DNA of 64,000 nt. Origin: Octopus vulgaris. Lineage: Eukaryota. Where the stretch lies: NCBI GenBank assembly GCA_951406725.2, contig OX597815.1, forward strand, positions 159,898,001-159,962,000, written 5' to 3'. Below are positions 12,403 through 25,489 of this stretch, in pieces. A program made the translations under genes and the position numbers. The notes beneath the pieces were generated by a model. The model was given only the letters and a program-made list of their open reading frames with translations. It made no database searches and was not told the origin of the DNA. Position 1 is the stretch's first letter. Every line of letters begins with the position of its first letter.

Positions 12403-12675
12403 AAGGCAGCAAGCTGGCAGAGTCATCAGTACACCGCTTGGCAGCATTTCATCTGTTTTTTATTCTTTTACATGTTTCAGTCATTTGACTGCAGCCATGC
12501 TAGAGTACCACCTTAAATCTTTACACTCCTAGTTCAAATTCCACCACAGTCGACTTTGCTTTTCATCCTTTTGGATTTGCTAAAATAAGTACCAGTTAAA
12601 CACTAGGGTAAATGCAATTGACTTACGCCCACCCCTGAACTTGCTGGCCTTGTGCCAAAATTTGAAACCATTATT
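12403..12675 (+). mobile_element. SINE family C with an antisense family A tail fragment (12463-12520)
   Basis: Colinear with family C; insert TGTTTCAGTCATTTGACTGCAGCCATGC. Confidence 0.65.
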
Positions 12676-13812
12676 AATCTCATGTTTCAAACACAATTCA
12701 ATATTAAGTTCTTATAGAAGGTATTAATTTTAGACCATTAAAAAAAAATTACTTTATATCATTGCACAGGGGTGGTATCAGGTGAGTTGGTATCAAAAGG
12801 GTAAAAGTTTAGACCATCCAGAGGCAACATATTATTGAACCTGTTTTCAACTTGAAAGGGTGAATTATCATACATATTAAGCTTCATCTTAATACACAGT
12901 GAATCCATTATCAAGGGCTCAGATCAGTACCATGACATATTGGCCCCCATCATTTTATTTCATTCATTTATTTATTTTTCAAATTTTTTTTTGTCTTAGT
13001 GTGTTGATTAGCAATGAGCTATGTTATTGATTTCTCAAGATTTTCTTTCAAGTGTCAATGTTTTTTTTTTTCATCCCATAGAATTCCAGATTTCTTCTAC
13101 CCCCAAACCCCAAAATTAGGTGCAGTCAATACTTTTCAAGAATTTAGAAATAATCTGAGGCATCGGAATAATTTTGGAGTGGCAGCATTAGTGAGATTGA
13201 AATAGTTACAATTGAGTGATCTGAAAATTTTGTTTAGTGCAACTAATATCCCACTCCTTAACTTTGATGTATTTAGAAACAGAATTCCTTAATGTTTTTT
13301 TTTTCCCCCTTTAATATCAATTCTTTCTCTTTACTATAGCATCCATGATTAGGAATAGCTTTTCTTTTCTTCAATGTAAATTAGGTTTATGCTACCCCAT
13401 CCTTTCCTCGATTTAAAAATATTGTACATTTCGAAAAAATATTTTCATGATAAATTTTGTTTCTGAATAACTCAATATTAAAGAGGAAGCAGAAAAGCAT
13501 ATGAGGGGCTTCAATTTTCGGATTAAAAGAAGTGCAATTTGTTGTTGACGGATTTGAGTTTTCAATGGTGTGTGTGAGTTTGAATTTGTGTGTTGGGTGG
13601 CAGATGCTTGTGTGTATATATGTGTGTGTATGCGTGTATTTAATCAATTTTGTAAGTGTGTGAATGAAAACAAAAGTGATAGAATGTATTGTTCCATTTC
13701 TGGAGTTTTGCATGTGATGTATTGGTTATTTTAGCATGTCAAGAGGAAACAAAATATAGCAGTACAGGTGTTATGAAACTAGAAACAAGATGGTGCAAAA
13801 AGAAAACATAAA

Positions 13813-13832
13813 CAATAATAATTATAATAGTT

Positions 13833-13863
<31 letters not shown>

Positions 13864-13915
13864 TAATAATAATAATTATAATAATAATAATAATAATAAT
13901 GATGATGATGATGAT
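13813..13915. repeat. (AAT)n/(GAT)n microsatellite
   Basis: Direct reading. Confidence 0.95.
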
Positions 13916-14300
13916 TTCAAATTTTGGCAGAAGGTCAGCAATTTTAGGGGACAGGTACATCGACCCTAGTGTTCAACTGGCACTTGTTTTATCAACCCCA
14001 AAGGGATGAAAGGCAAAGTCAACCTTGGCAGAAATTTGAACTTAGAATGTGAAGACAGACAAAATGCCGCTAATGATTTTGCCACCTCACTAACAGGAAC
14101 AAGGCCTGAAATTTGTTGGGTGGGGATAAGTCAGTTACATCAACTTCGGTGCTTGACTGATACTTATGGTCATTGACCCCCACAAAAGATGGAAGGCAAA
14201 GTCAACCTCAGCAGAATTTGAACTCAGAAAGTGAAGACAGACAAAATACTGCTAAGCATTTTGCCCAATGTGCTAACAATTCTGCCAGCTCACTGCTTTA
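13915..14300 (-). mobile_element. two tandem SINE family C copies
   Basis: Two reverse-complement copies, each with GGATG(A/G)AAGGCAAAGTCAACCT..GCAGAA(A)TTTGAACT. Confidence 0.75.
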
Positions 14301-15090
14301 AATAAGAATAATAATAACAATAACAACAATAGTAATAATAATCTTCTAAAGAAGCATTCAGGTTTGATTTGAAAAAAAAAAAGAAAAAATAGTAATAATA
14401 ATTCAATCTGTTCCAGTAGTTTTAGTGCTTAAACAAAGGCCAACATGCCATTTCTAATAGATAGTAGAAAAATGAAAGTATGGCTTGCTTTTGCATCTCG
14501 TTAATCAAATATGCACATGTTCTTTCTGTTAATTGAAAAATCGCAAGAAGAATGGGTGGTTGGATGCAGCAAACAGGCAGCGTAAAGATAAAGGTTAAAA
14601 AAGAATTAACAAAATCTTTGCTGAATCTTCTGATATTTAACTCGCATGTATGGTTGTCGTTGTGTTAATGAAACGTGGTGAAATCTAAAACTGTGAACAA
14701 AACTGATGTAGTAAACAAGGTAAAGACCTGAAGCTAGATTACAATCAGATATCTCTTTAATTGCATTATTTTATCTGTATTTAGAAATTGTTTACAGTTA
14801 TTTCCTGGCCTTGGGTTTTGGATGGCTTTTTTTTTTTTGGTTTGTATAATTTTTATTGTTTTTTTTGTTTGTTGTTGCATGACTTTAATATATCATGATT
14901 TATTAATGTGTCTATTATTATTCTTTTTCTGTATCTTCTTCCTTTACTTCATTCTCTTTTTCTTCCTCCTTCAGTAGATCATAGACTAGAATCTGTCATA
15001 ATAAGCTTGCTTCCCAACCACATGGTCCTAGGTTCAATCCCTCTGTGTAGCAACTTGCTCTCCAGTAAATTTGTTGAAATGAAAGATAGC

Positions 15091-16990
15091 TGAACATGCC
15101 CTGATAAAATGGGTCTATCAAAAGACGGGTCTTAGAAAATAGCAGCAGAGATAACGATGATGCCTTGATAAAACAAGTGCCAGTTGAACACTAGGGTCGA
15201 CAGTTCTTACTAATAAGAGTAATCCTATTGCACAGGAAAGGAGCAGTAGTAGTTTACTTGACGAGAGACATATAGATGATCTAAAAGAAGACAGTAAAAC
15301 TAATGGCAACATGACAGATGAACAAAAGGCAATCTATGACAGAATAAAGGCAAGACTAGAGGAGAACAATAGTGACATTGTTTACAACCTTAAAAAGATT
15401 GATCAATGAAAATTGAACCAAGAAATGAAAAGTGTCAATGAAATTCTGAAATGCATCAGAACAAACATGACAGAAACAAATAATTTGATCAAGGCAGCAA
15501 GTATTGTTGAAGCAGAAAATGTGGGTGTCGATGTCAAGAAAAAGAAACATAATGGGAGTGACAAAAGAAAAGATCCGTGGTGGAAAAGAAGAATATAGGC
15601 AGGGTTAGACATGTTCTCAAAGGAAATCTCTGTGTTAGACCAAAAAGAGAAAAGGGAGCTTAAAAGTGAACAAAAATACAGGGCACTGAAAAGGAAGTAT
15701 AATATTGAAAGGAAGGGCCTGAAAGTGGTAATGGAGGAACTGAAACAACACCTCGTTGCAAAGAAAGTAAAGATGGTAAGATACAACCAAAGAATGAAGG
15801 GTTACCACCAGAGCAGGTTATTCATAGTAGATCAGAAGAGATTCTATAAAGAAATAAATGGAGAGTTACAGATGAAAAGTTGATACCAGATAACAATGAA
15901 AGTCAAAGGTTCTGGAGTGACATCTGGAGCAAAGACAAGGAGCACAGGAAGGATGCTGAATGGTTGCAAGAACTGAAACAAACAGTAGTCTGTCCAAAAC
16001 AGGCAGAACTAGTCATTCCAGTTATGGAAGTGAAGGAAATCAGCAAAAAAATGAGCAACTGGAAGGTCCCGGGACCAGATGGAGTTCAAGTCTACTGGAT
16101 CAAAAAATTTGGTGAATGTCATGCATGAATAGCTGCACAACTCAACACCTTGTTAAATGCCAACCAATCAACACCAGAGTGGTTGACATTGGGTAGGGCA
16201 GTGCTGTGCTTGAAAAACATCAAAAAAGGCAATACGGTAGACAACAGGCCAATATCCTGTTTGCCACTTGGAGTCCTTCCACATGAGCAGAAGGGTTGTA
16301 AGCGTAAGTGCAAAGGTACCAAGGATCAACTCCTAATAGACAAAACTGTACTTAGAGACTGCAAGAGGAGGAAAAGTAACTTAGCCATGTCACGGATCGA
16401 CTATTGTAAGGTGTACAATATGATCCCACATTCTTGGATTATGGAATGTATGAACCTATTTGGTATTGCATCGAATGTTGAGCAATTGCTTGGAAAAGGT
16501 ATGTCAAATTGGAGGATGGACCTGACAGCATACGAAGTTTAGGGACAGTACAAATCAGGAGGAGCATCTTCCAAGGGGACTGACTGTCCCCACTGGTCTT
16601 TGTACTGTGCTTGATACCACTAACACTGATTCTGAGGAAAGCAAAAGCTGGGTATGTATTCAAAAGCCGCCAACAAAAAGTCAACCATTTGTTATTCATG
16701 GATGACCTCAAACTTTATGGTAAAGATGAAGCCCAATTGAGTTCCCTCGTTGATACGGTGTACACCTTTAGTGCTGATATCAGAATGGGGTTCGGACTGA
16801 GAAAGTGGTGTGTTAGTCTTGAAGAGAGGCAAAATCAAATGTATGGACGGGCTAATGATACTGTTGGGGGAGGTTATGAAGCAGATAGAAGGGACAGGCC
16901 ATAAGTACTTGGGGATTTTGGAAATGGATAAATTGATGGAGAAAGAAATGACAGAAAAATTTAAGGTGGAGTACTTGTGCAGACTGAGAC
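15091..16990 (+). mobile_element. Dong/R4-clade non-LTR retrotransposon, RT region, frameshifted
   Basis: [81 protein letters not shown]; many stops; truncated after EYLCRLR. Confidence 0.9.
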
Positions 16991-17159
16991 GGCAGCGGTG
17001 GAGAAGAAGAAGAAGAAGTGTAGCCCCATTATGCTATATTTCAATTTAATAGACATTTGGATATAATAGATTTGATCTCTCAGAACTTAAAATAGTTTTG
17101 GTGACTTAATTTTGTGTTTCCATCTTTAATATAATTGACTAAATTCTCCCTACAAATTT

Positions 17160-17370
17160 TTAGCCTTGTGCCCATTTTTTTTTTTACTTTATGCAAAGAG
17201 GTTAGTCAGTTACATCAATCTCAGTGCTCAGCTGGAAATTATTTTATTAACCCCTAAAGAAAAAAGACTGGGTCAACCGTGACAACATTTGAACTCAGAA
17301 TATAAAACCAGAAGAAATACCACCAAACATTTTGTCTAATGTTGTAACAGTTCTGCCAGCTCACTGCATT
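17160..17370 (-). mobile_element. SINE family C, diverged
   Basis: Reverse similarity (TTTGAACTCAGAA...TTCTGCCAGCTCACTG). Confidence 0.65.
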
Positions 17371-17435
17371 TGTTGTCCTATATTAGAACCAGTTATCATT
17401 AAAAAATAATTGTTTCTTTTAATTATCATTATTAT

Positions 17436-17645
17436 TAAGGTGGTGAGGTGACAGAATCATTATCACACTGTTCAAAACGCTTAGCTGTGTTTACATTCTG
17501 AGATCAAATTCTGCCAAAGTTGACTTTGCCTTTCATCCTTTCAGGGTTGATAAAATAGGTACCAGTTGTGCACTGGAGTTGATGTACTTGACTTACCTCT
17601 GCCCCCAAAATTGCTGGCCTTGTGCCAAATTTTGAAACCAATTAT
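17436..17645 (+). mobile_element. SINE family C
   Basis: Colinear with 320-534. Confidence 0.75.
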
Positions 17646-17699
17646 CACTGTTATTGAAGAGAAAATAATATTTTAAGTATTTCTTTTTTTCTCTTTCAG

Positions 17700-17752
17700 C
17701 CATGAGACCCACTACCTGTGTTACAAGTCCGGCCAATAAGAGACCATATTGA
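17700..17752 (+). CDS. candidate terminal coding exon of an unidentified host gene (xMRPTTCVTSPANKRPY* or HETHYLCYKSGQ*)
   Basis: Strong acceptor TTTCTTTTTTTCTCTTTCAG, balanced composition, about 650 bp of non-repetitive sequence downstream; no homology recognised. Confidence 0.3.
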
Positions 17753-18516
17753 TTACCTTTGTCAAGGAGAAGCATGAGATTTTGCTGGTAACTGCAGATT
17801 TTAACGATCTGTTATAAACAAAAAGGCAGCACAGTGGAACTGTTTCACTTACTCAATCACCAAAGAAAACCTATCTGTAAAATTCATCCAAGCCAGTGTT
17901 TGTGAAGCCATCTATATAAGCTGTTGCCTTGTTTCTTAATTCTGCTCAATGTTCTATGCAGTGATGGATCCTATTCACAACAGCTTCTTGCCAATAAGAA
18001 ATAGATATTCATTGAATAACTAACGAACTGTGTGTAGCAGTGGAGCAGTGAGGATAACATAAAATTTAACAGGATTCTGTGAGGAAATGTTAGGTCATCT
18101 GCTATAAAATATTATTCAAATAACATATATGCATACATGTTCCTTACTGCACAGAGCAAGATTAACATGAAATTTTCCAGAATTCCCTGTTATTAAGTGT
18201 GATCTTTATTCATCGTTATTTTCTCATAATTTTGCTTCCTCCCCCTCCCCCTTCTCCAAATTAAATTTTTTTATTTTTTCTTTCCCATAAATTCCTTCCT
18301 TGTATTGCAAGAAATTCTGAAACAATGTTTATACAATATTTAAACTGTTGTCTAAGAATGTAGAAATTAAACTGCTTCTGGATTCTCCCAGAGAAAAAAA
18401 AATCCCCGTTTATTTTTATTGGCAGGAAAACCAATTATTGTAGCCATTTGCTTCAGATATTTCATATATATATATATATGCATACATATATTTATATCTA
18501 TGTATTTAAATGTGCA

Positions 18517-18559
<43 letters not shown>

Positions 18560-18886
18560 ATATATATATACATACACACATGCACACACACACATTTTAA
18601 GGTAGAATTTTTTATTGAGTATGATGATATTTTAAGTTACTCAAATTGTTTATGATGCCAGTATGTTTAAAAGAGCGCTTAACAGAAAGGAACTACTAAA
18701 TACAGGAACCAAATCCTGATGATTTAATCATAGTTATTCTCAGTAAAAAAAAAGAACATAGTATTCCAAACAGAGGTGATATAATCAATTTATTTCCTCT
18801 TTACAACTTAGCCAGATGTGTCAACTCTCATTACTCCAGTGAAGACCAGTTGTAATTGCCTGTGAATCTTATCCTTATTTCTTTGC

Positions 18887-18888
<2 letters not shown>

Positions 18889-18970
<82 letters not shown>
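18889..18970. repeat. (TA)41 microsatellite
   Basis: Direct reading. Confidence 0.95.
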
Positions 18971-18974
<4 letters not shown>

Positions 18975-18976
18975 CA

Positions 18977-19192
18977 TGGTGGCAAGCTGGCAGAATCATT
19001 AGCATGCTGGGCAAAATGTTTAGTGGCATTTTGTCTGTCTTCACATTTTGAGTTCAAATTCCGCTAAGGTCAACTTTGCCTTTCATTAATTTTGGTGTCG
19101 GTAAATTAAGTACCATTTGCGTACTGGAGTCAATCTAATCAACTAGCCTCACCCCCAAAATGTCAGGCCTTGTGCCTATAGTAGGAAGGATT
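18977..19192 (+). mobile_element. SINE family C
   Basis: GCTGGCAGAATCATT A-box, GAGTTCAAATTC B-box, tail AGGCCTTGTGCCTATAGTAGGAAGGATT. Confidence 0.8.
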
Positions 19193-19367
19193 ATATATAT
19201 ATATATATATATATATAAGATATAAATATATATAAGATATAAATATATATATACAGAATTAGGGATTTCAGCTTATCGTACTTCAATACGAGAAAAGTTC
19301 ACAACTTCTGCACTAATAAACCACTGTTGTTCCTGGAAGTTGTGTTTTATATCTTTTGGGTCTTGCC

Positions 19368-19413
<46 letters not shown>

Positions 19414-19417
19414 TAAA

Positions 19418-19790
19418 GGCACAGGCATGGCTATGTGGTAAGAAGTTTGCTTTCCAACTGCACAGTTCTGGATCTGGATTCAGTCTCTCTGCATGGCATA
19501 TTGGGAAAGGTCTTCCCCTATAGCCCTGGGCCAACCAAAGCTTTGTGAGTGGTTTTGGTTGATGGAAACTGTGTGTATGTCATTGCCCTCTCCACCACCA
19601 CCGCCACCACTTGGCAACCAGTGCTGTTTATTTTTTGTGTATATCCCTGTAAGTTAGCATTTCAGCAAAAAAGACCAATGGTATAAGTACCAGACTTAAA
19701 AAAAAACGAGTACTGGGGTTGATTCATTTGCCTAAAACCCTGCAAAGCATGGCCACAGACCAGTGACTGAAATAAGTAAAGGTTAAAAGA
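19418..19790 (+). mobile_element. SINE family A, diverged
   Basis: Colinear with 3656-4061. Confidence 0.7.
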
Positions 19791-20416
19791 TACGTCTTAG
19801 AGAAGGGGTTGAGAGAAGAGGAGAAAAACAGAAAGAAAATGATCTTTGTTGTGGCACAAATTTGGAATCTTAAAGCCAGTTATTTGCCTTGTCCCTTGTT
19901 TAGTTCCAAGTCTCCTTTGCTTTTGCTTTCACCCCTTTCTCTTCCATACCATCCTCCTTGCTCTCTTTTTTCCTCACCATTTACTCACTTGGCTTCCTTT
20001 TCTTCTTCCATCTTTTTCTTTCCTTCTCCTCCTTGTCCTACCCCTTTCTGGTGAAGTAAACCCTGCCCCTCTTCATATCTATCTATCTGTCTGTCTGTGT
20101 GTGTGTAATTACATCCAGTCAGACTTCTCCATAGATATAAGAGTTGAAACATCTGGTCAAGTTCTAAAGAGACAGTAGATGAGATATACCTACCTACCTT
20201 ATAGTACTGAATTCTCTTTCATTGTAGATAACTATGATAAACTGACTGCAGTTTCTCTATATGCTTGCGCATTTCACATTTATGCTGAGCACTCTTTCTG
20301 CCACAGTGACACTGTGCCCACATAAAGCAAGGCCTAGATCTCAAACCACCAAAAATATCACTATAACTCACTGGCAATTCTTCTTTAAACTCCTGTTAGA
20401 GAAAGCAAATAGCTTT

Positions 20417-20456
<40 letters not shown>

Positions 20457-20491
20457 CACACATGCACATACACATACCAACATTATATATA

Positions 20492-21044
20492 CAGGGTTAT
20501 TAAAAAAAATTAACCGATTTCATTACACAATATTTTAATAATGAAATGCAGTAGAAAACTCCAGCTAAATCACAATTATTTACTCACAATCAACTTTTAT
20601 TTCCTGTCTTATAAGTGTTGAATGTAGCCACCACCTGCAGCACAGGCAATAAGAGAATTCCTCCCAGACACGTATCAGCATATCACAATTCACTGAGTTG
20701 ATTGCTGTTGTTATTCGATGTTTAAGGTTATCGAGGTTAATGGGTAGCAGTGGAACATAAATGTGAACTTTTACATATCCCCACAAAAAAACCCCCACAA
20801 AAAATCACACAGTGAGGTCTGAGGATCTCGATCAGTGGATTTTGATATGCTGATATGTATCTGGGAGGAATTCTCTTATCACATTGATGTTGCCTGTGCT
20901 GTGGTGGTCCCATTGAACACTTGTAAAACAAAAAATAAGAGTTGATTGCAAGTAAATACTTGTGACTTAGCTACAGTTTTCTATTGCTTTTTCTTATTAA
21001 AATATTGTGTAATAAAATTGGTTCATTCTTTTTGAATAACCCAT
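20492..21044. mobile_element. Tc1/mariner (rosa/DD41D-like) fold-back MITE made of two transposase 3' ends
   Basis: TA|CAGGGTTATT...AATAACCCAT|TA; minus strand FLWGYVK...DMLIRVWEEFSY; plus strand repeats DMLICIWEEFSY. Confidence 0.8.
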
Positions 21045-21993
21045 TATATACATTCAATGCTGTATGGGTTGGATGAGTCTCTACAGTTCAAGTCAGTTCT
21101 TATTAAGAACTGTTACTACCCTCATACGTAGTTCAGAGGAGCATATCTCACTTACGCATTTCACATTTAGCTTGATTTCTATGGCTCAGTCCCCTTGCTG
21201 TCACCAACCACTTCTCACAATTTACTGGGTACATATTATCTTAGCACCAACTAGACAAAAGAGTCCTCATTGTTCTGCATTGCCTCTTTTCATTCCAGAC
21301 AATGTGACCAATAGAGTGAATAGAAGAGAGGGTAATTGCAGACAATATGTGTGTGTATGTATATATCATCATCATCATATATATATATTCATTTAGATAT
21401 ATTGTCATGAGCTGCCAAAATTTTATCAACCAGTTCACTTAGCTGCCAAAAATGTTAATAATCAATTTGGTAGGCTATAAAAAATATCAACCATAGACTC
21501 AATATAAAAGATTTTGAATTCAAACAGTAAAATATTGCTTCATAAAAATATCACTTCATTAAGATAATATTAAAATAAGGTAAAATTTGAAGTTGATGGG
21601 AATTAAGAATAGTCTGCATCAAGTAATAAAATAAGTTAATATAAAGTTCAAAAGATTAATAAACTTTGTCTGCCATGAAAATTGTACAACATCACATTTC
21701 ACTTCATTGACACTTCATCTGAGTGTTAGAATATTTGGGCAAAAACTGAAGTTGTTGTTTTGGTGGACTTAAGGATCACCAAGTGAGTAGGGGTGATGTG
21801 AGAGAGAGAGAATGGTGAGAAGCCAAGGATGTAAGCTGAATGAAAGAGAAGAGTCAGAAACCTAGATACATTTCTTACCCAACCACAAAAAGCAATTAAA
21901 GAGAAGATAACAGGTTACAATATTTTGGAGATGAGAGGAATGTGGATAAGTACAATACATAAAACAACTAAATAGTTTGGTTACATTGACTGA

Positions 21994-22138
21994 TTAACCC
22001 TTTTGATATCAACCCAGCTGAAACTGCCCCTGGCTCTGTTGTACAAATGTCTTGATTTCGAAAATTCTTTCTTATATTTGAAATTAATTGAAAGAAACAC
22101 AGAGCATTTCAACAGAAATATGGTAACGAAAGGGTTAA
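21994..22138. mobile_element. piggyBac-type MITE, family 2
   Basis: TTAA|CCCTTTTG...CGAAAGGG|TTAA; longer copy at 29445-29674, partial copies near 12680, 22530, 29713, 31080 and 48734. Confidence 0.7.
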
Positions 22139-22852
22139 AATAGTAAGGGGATGAAAGAATGTGTGACAGAGACAGCACAGAATTGAATACAAAGCAGGAG
22201 ATGGGTGAGAATATATCAAATGCTCAATTATATTTTAGGATCATTTCTATTAATGTAGGGCCCATGATAGTTTCATGATTCATTTTTGAGGTGAAATTTT
22301 ATGACTAGATGCCCTTTTTTTAGTTTCATGTTACATCATGGGATAGGGTCTACCTAGTCTAAAGCTGAGATACACTATTACATACATACAATAATCCATA
22401 TATAAACTCTGAAATGTACACATACTCATGGTCATTTCCTTACTATCATCATGGCAAATAAACTTTACCGGTCATTTGAACTTAATATCAAAACAGAAAA
22501 TTTTACATAGGTGTTACAATGATTAATTTCAACTCTTTTGATACCAAGACTGACCTTGGTTCTACAATATAAGCTTGCTGTTTTAAAGTGATTTAAATTA
22601 AAATCTTCCCTCAAAATTCATGTCAGTTTATGCTCCAAACACCAGGTTAATAATGACAAAATAATTTTACTCAAATTTCATTATTTTCAAAAACAATTAA
22701 AACAAAGGCAAGGTGCCTCCAAGCATTATTAGACCAACTGTATTGCTTGAAAGAGTAGACTTAGTAACTTCACTTTGTAGTATGATCATAAAAAAGATGT
22801 TAGCAACTGGTATGATTCTGGCCCAGCTCAACACACTGTTAATATATGTATT

Positions 22853-22896
<44 letters not shown>

Positions 22897-23183
22897 TCCA
22901 TAAGTCAGAAAAATCATGCACTTGTGTATTTGTCAATAACATAGGTAAATTAATCAAGATAGATTCATTTGAGTTGATCTGAACAACCTTACTAATAGTG
23001 AGTACAAAACTGATTCCTAAAATCGGTTGAAATGGATACATTATTAAATGTGTACTTTATTAATTAATATATATATATACACATACATATACTTTTTTTT
23101 TTTTAATAGTGAGAAATTTACAAAAATAACTCTGAGCCTTTGTGTCACTTTCTGCCAAATAAAAATAATAATTATAAAAGTAA

Positions 23184-23217
<34 letters not shown>

Positions 23218-23229
23218 CATATATATATA

Positions 23230-23482
23230 TTAGTAGAGGTCACAAATGTGATGGAGGGTGCTGGCTAGCACTGCTTATGCTAAAATAAGAGTTAAATTAA
23301 CTCTCAAGTCACTAAAGCACTATATTTAATAAATAAATATAGTCATAGTACTTTAGTGGCTTGAGAGTTAATTTAACTCTTATTTTAGCATAAGTGGTGC
23401 TAGCCAGCCCCCTCCATCACTTTTGTGACTTTTATTAATTTTGCTTTTAGGTTCTAATTGCTAATAAGTCACCCTTTTAATG
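23230..23482. repeat. fold-back island in (TA)n (arms 23230-23324 and 23345-23439, plus tail)
   Basis: About 94-bp inverted repeat, e.g. CTTATGCTAAAATAAGAGTTAAATTAACTCTCAAG mirrored exactly. Confidence 0.9.
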
Positions 23483-23789
23483 TATGTATATATATATATA
23501 TATATGTAAGTTCAGCAAAATTTAGATTCAGATGAATATGGTATTTAAGTTGAGGCACCAGAATTTAGTACGGTAATATATATATATGTATATTTTGATC
23601 TACTAAACTTACATGTATATATAAAATATAAGGGTGTAATTTAATGGTGATTTGACTGCTTTTCTCGGCAAGGCAAACAACCACGTAGCTACTTCACCCA
23701 TTTGTTTGTAGTGTTGTTGATAGTAATGGTGGCGTGGTAGTGATGTTCCCATTGTCAGTATTGTTGTTCATATATATATATATATATAT

Positions 23790-24073
23790 TGCCAGTGCTG
23801 CTGGGCTGACTCCTGTACAGGTGGCACATAGAAAAACACCATCTGAGCATGGCCATCACCAGTACCGCCTGACTGGCCCTCGTGCCTGTGGAACATAAAA
23901 GCACCCACTACACTCCCGGAGTGGTTGGCATTAGGAAGGGCATCCAGCTGTAGAAACTCTGCCAGATCAAGATTGGAGCCTGGTGCAGCCATCTGGTTCG
24001 CCAGTCCTCAGTCAAACCGTCCAACCCATGCCAGCATGGAAAGCGGACGTTAAACGATGATGATGATGATGAT
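23790..24073 (+). mobile_element. 5'-truncated RTE LINE 3' UTR
   Basis: Ends CCAACCCATGCCAGCATGGAAAGCGGACGTTAAAC(GAT)n, as at 58380-58428. Confidence 0.85.
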
Positions 24074-24680
24074 TGATGACATATAGTGTTGATGGACTCT
24101 CACATGAATTTCATGATGTGAGCTCTATTATTCAATCAACTGGGACAACCTACTTATTGAATAAGTGGGTGAAGTGGCTGAGTATTCCACAAACACATGC
24201 ACCCTCAATGTAATTCTCAAGCAGAGTTAGTATGAATGAAGCTGCACCGCTGAATTACAAGCACAATCCATCAATTAGCCTTCTGTCTACAGTTTCTATC
24301 TACCGAATTACTCACAATGCTTAGGACAACACAAGGCTTTGATAATTGCACTTGCCTAGGATGCTACTCAATGAGATCAAGGCCAGAACTTTATAATTAC
24401 TCTGTGAACTTCTTAATCACTCAGCATATATCATTGTCCACATCTAATGCCTGTTTTCGATGGTTTGACAAGGTCAATCAAGCCACAGAGCTGTATCTGT
24501 CTCTAATGTCAGCTTCGACATGGTTTCTACAACTGTATATCCTTCCTAGTGGCAACAACTTTACAGTGGATACTGGGTGCTATTTTTCCATGACTCAAAT
24601 ATAACTGAGGTTGCCAGGAAACTTGCAACACACTATAAAGTAAGGATTATATGTGTGTGAGTCTATATATATATATATAT

Positions 24681-24975
24681 ATCAATTTAAATACACAACC
24701 AAAAGAGCTACTAACAGTTTCATACATGTTCAAGTATCTTAACAGATAAGATACTTGAACATGCATATTTATGAAATGCGCCATGTACCTTAAGGCGATC
24801 TTTCAGGCTCTGTTTATGCATTATATACATGACTTATCTTATAAATATGCCTGCTCAAGCATCATAAAATCATGAAACTATTAGTAGCTCTTTCATTTGT
24901 GTATTTAAATTGATTGTTATCTCTCACTGGATGGAGTACCTTTTTAATGCTGATTCTATCTCTGTTGAATCTTTA
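24681..24975. repeat. fold-back island next to (TA)n with a nested hairpin
   Basis: Arms 24681-24723 and 24872-24914; inner palindrome CATGTTCAAGTATCTT/AAGATACTTGAACATG. Confidence 0.8.
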
Positions 24976-25019
24976 TGTATGTGTACGAGTGTGTGTGTGT
25001 GTGTGTGTGTAGTAACAAG

Positions 25020-25323
25020 CACTCACCCAATTACAATGATGAGGGTTCCAGTAGATCTGACTAACAGAACAGCCTGCTCATGAAACTAACATGCAACTGG
25101 CTGAGCACTCCACAGACATGTACCCTTAATGTAGTTCTCAAAGAGATTCAGCATGACACAAATTGTGACAAAGCTGGCTCTTTGAAGTACAGGTGCAACT
25201 CATTTTTGCCAGCTGAGTGGACTAGAGCAACATGAAATGAAGTGTCTTGCTCAAGGTCAAAATGCACTGCCAGGTATCAAATTCTTGACCTTATGTTTCT
25301 GAGCCGAATACTCTAACCATTAA
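25020..25323 (-). mobile_element. CORE-like SINE, family D
   Basis: Reverse complement of 43929-44232. Confidence 0.7.
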
Positions 25324-25489
25324 GTTTATGTATACATATTTGTACGTATTCATATCTTTATTATGACTTGTCTTATTAGTCTTCAGATTAACAGTATCAC
25401 ACATATAGAGAATTAATAATGATGCAGAGTAATTAGCAAGAGATTTGATCACAATGTGATACAACTGAATTGTGAAAGGGGAAGGATGG

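Noticed and set aside
12776-12790. Perfect CAG|GTGAGT splice donor
   Set aside because: Lies in the terminal region of a piggyBac-type MITE remnant; no upstream acceptor or frame support
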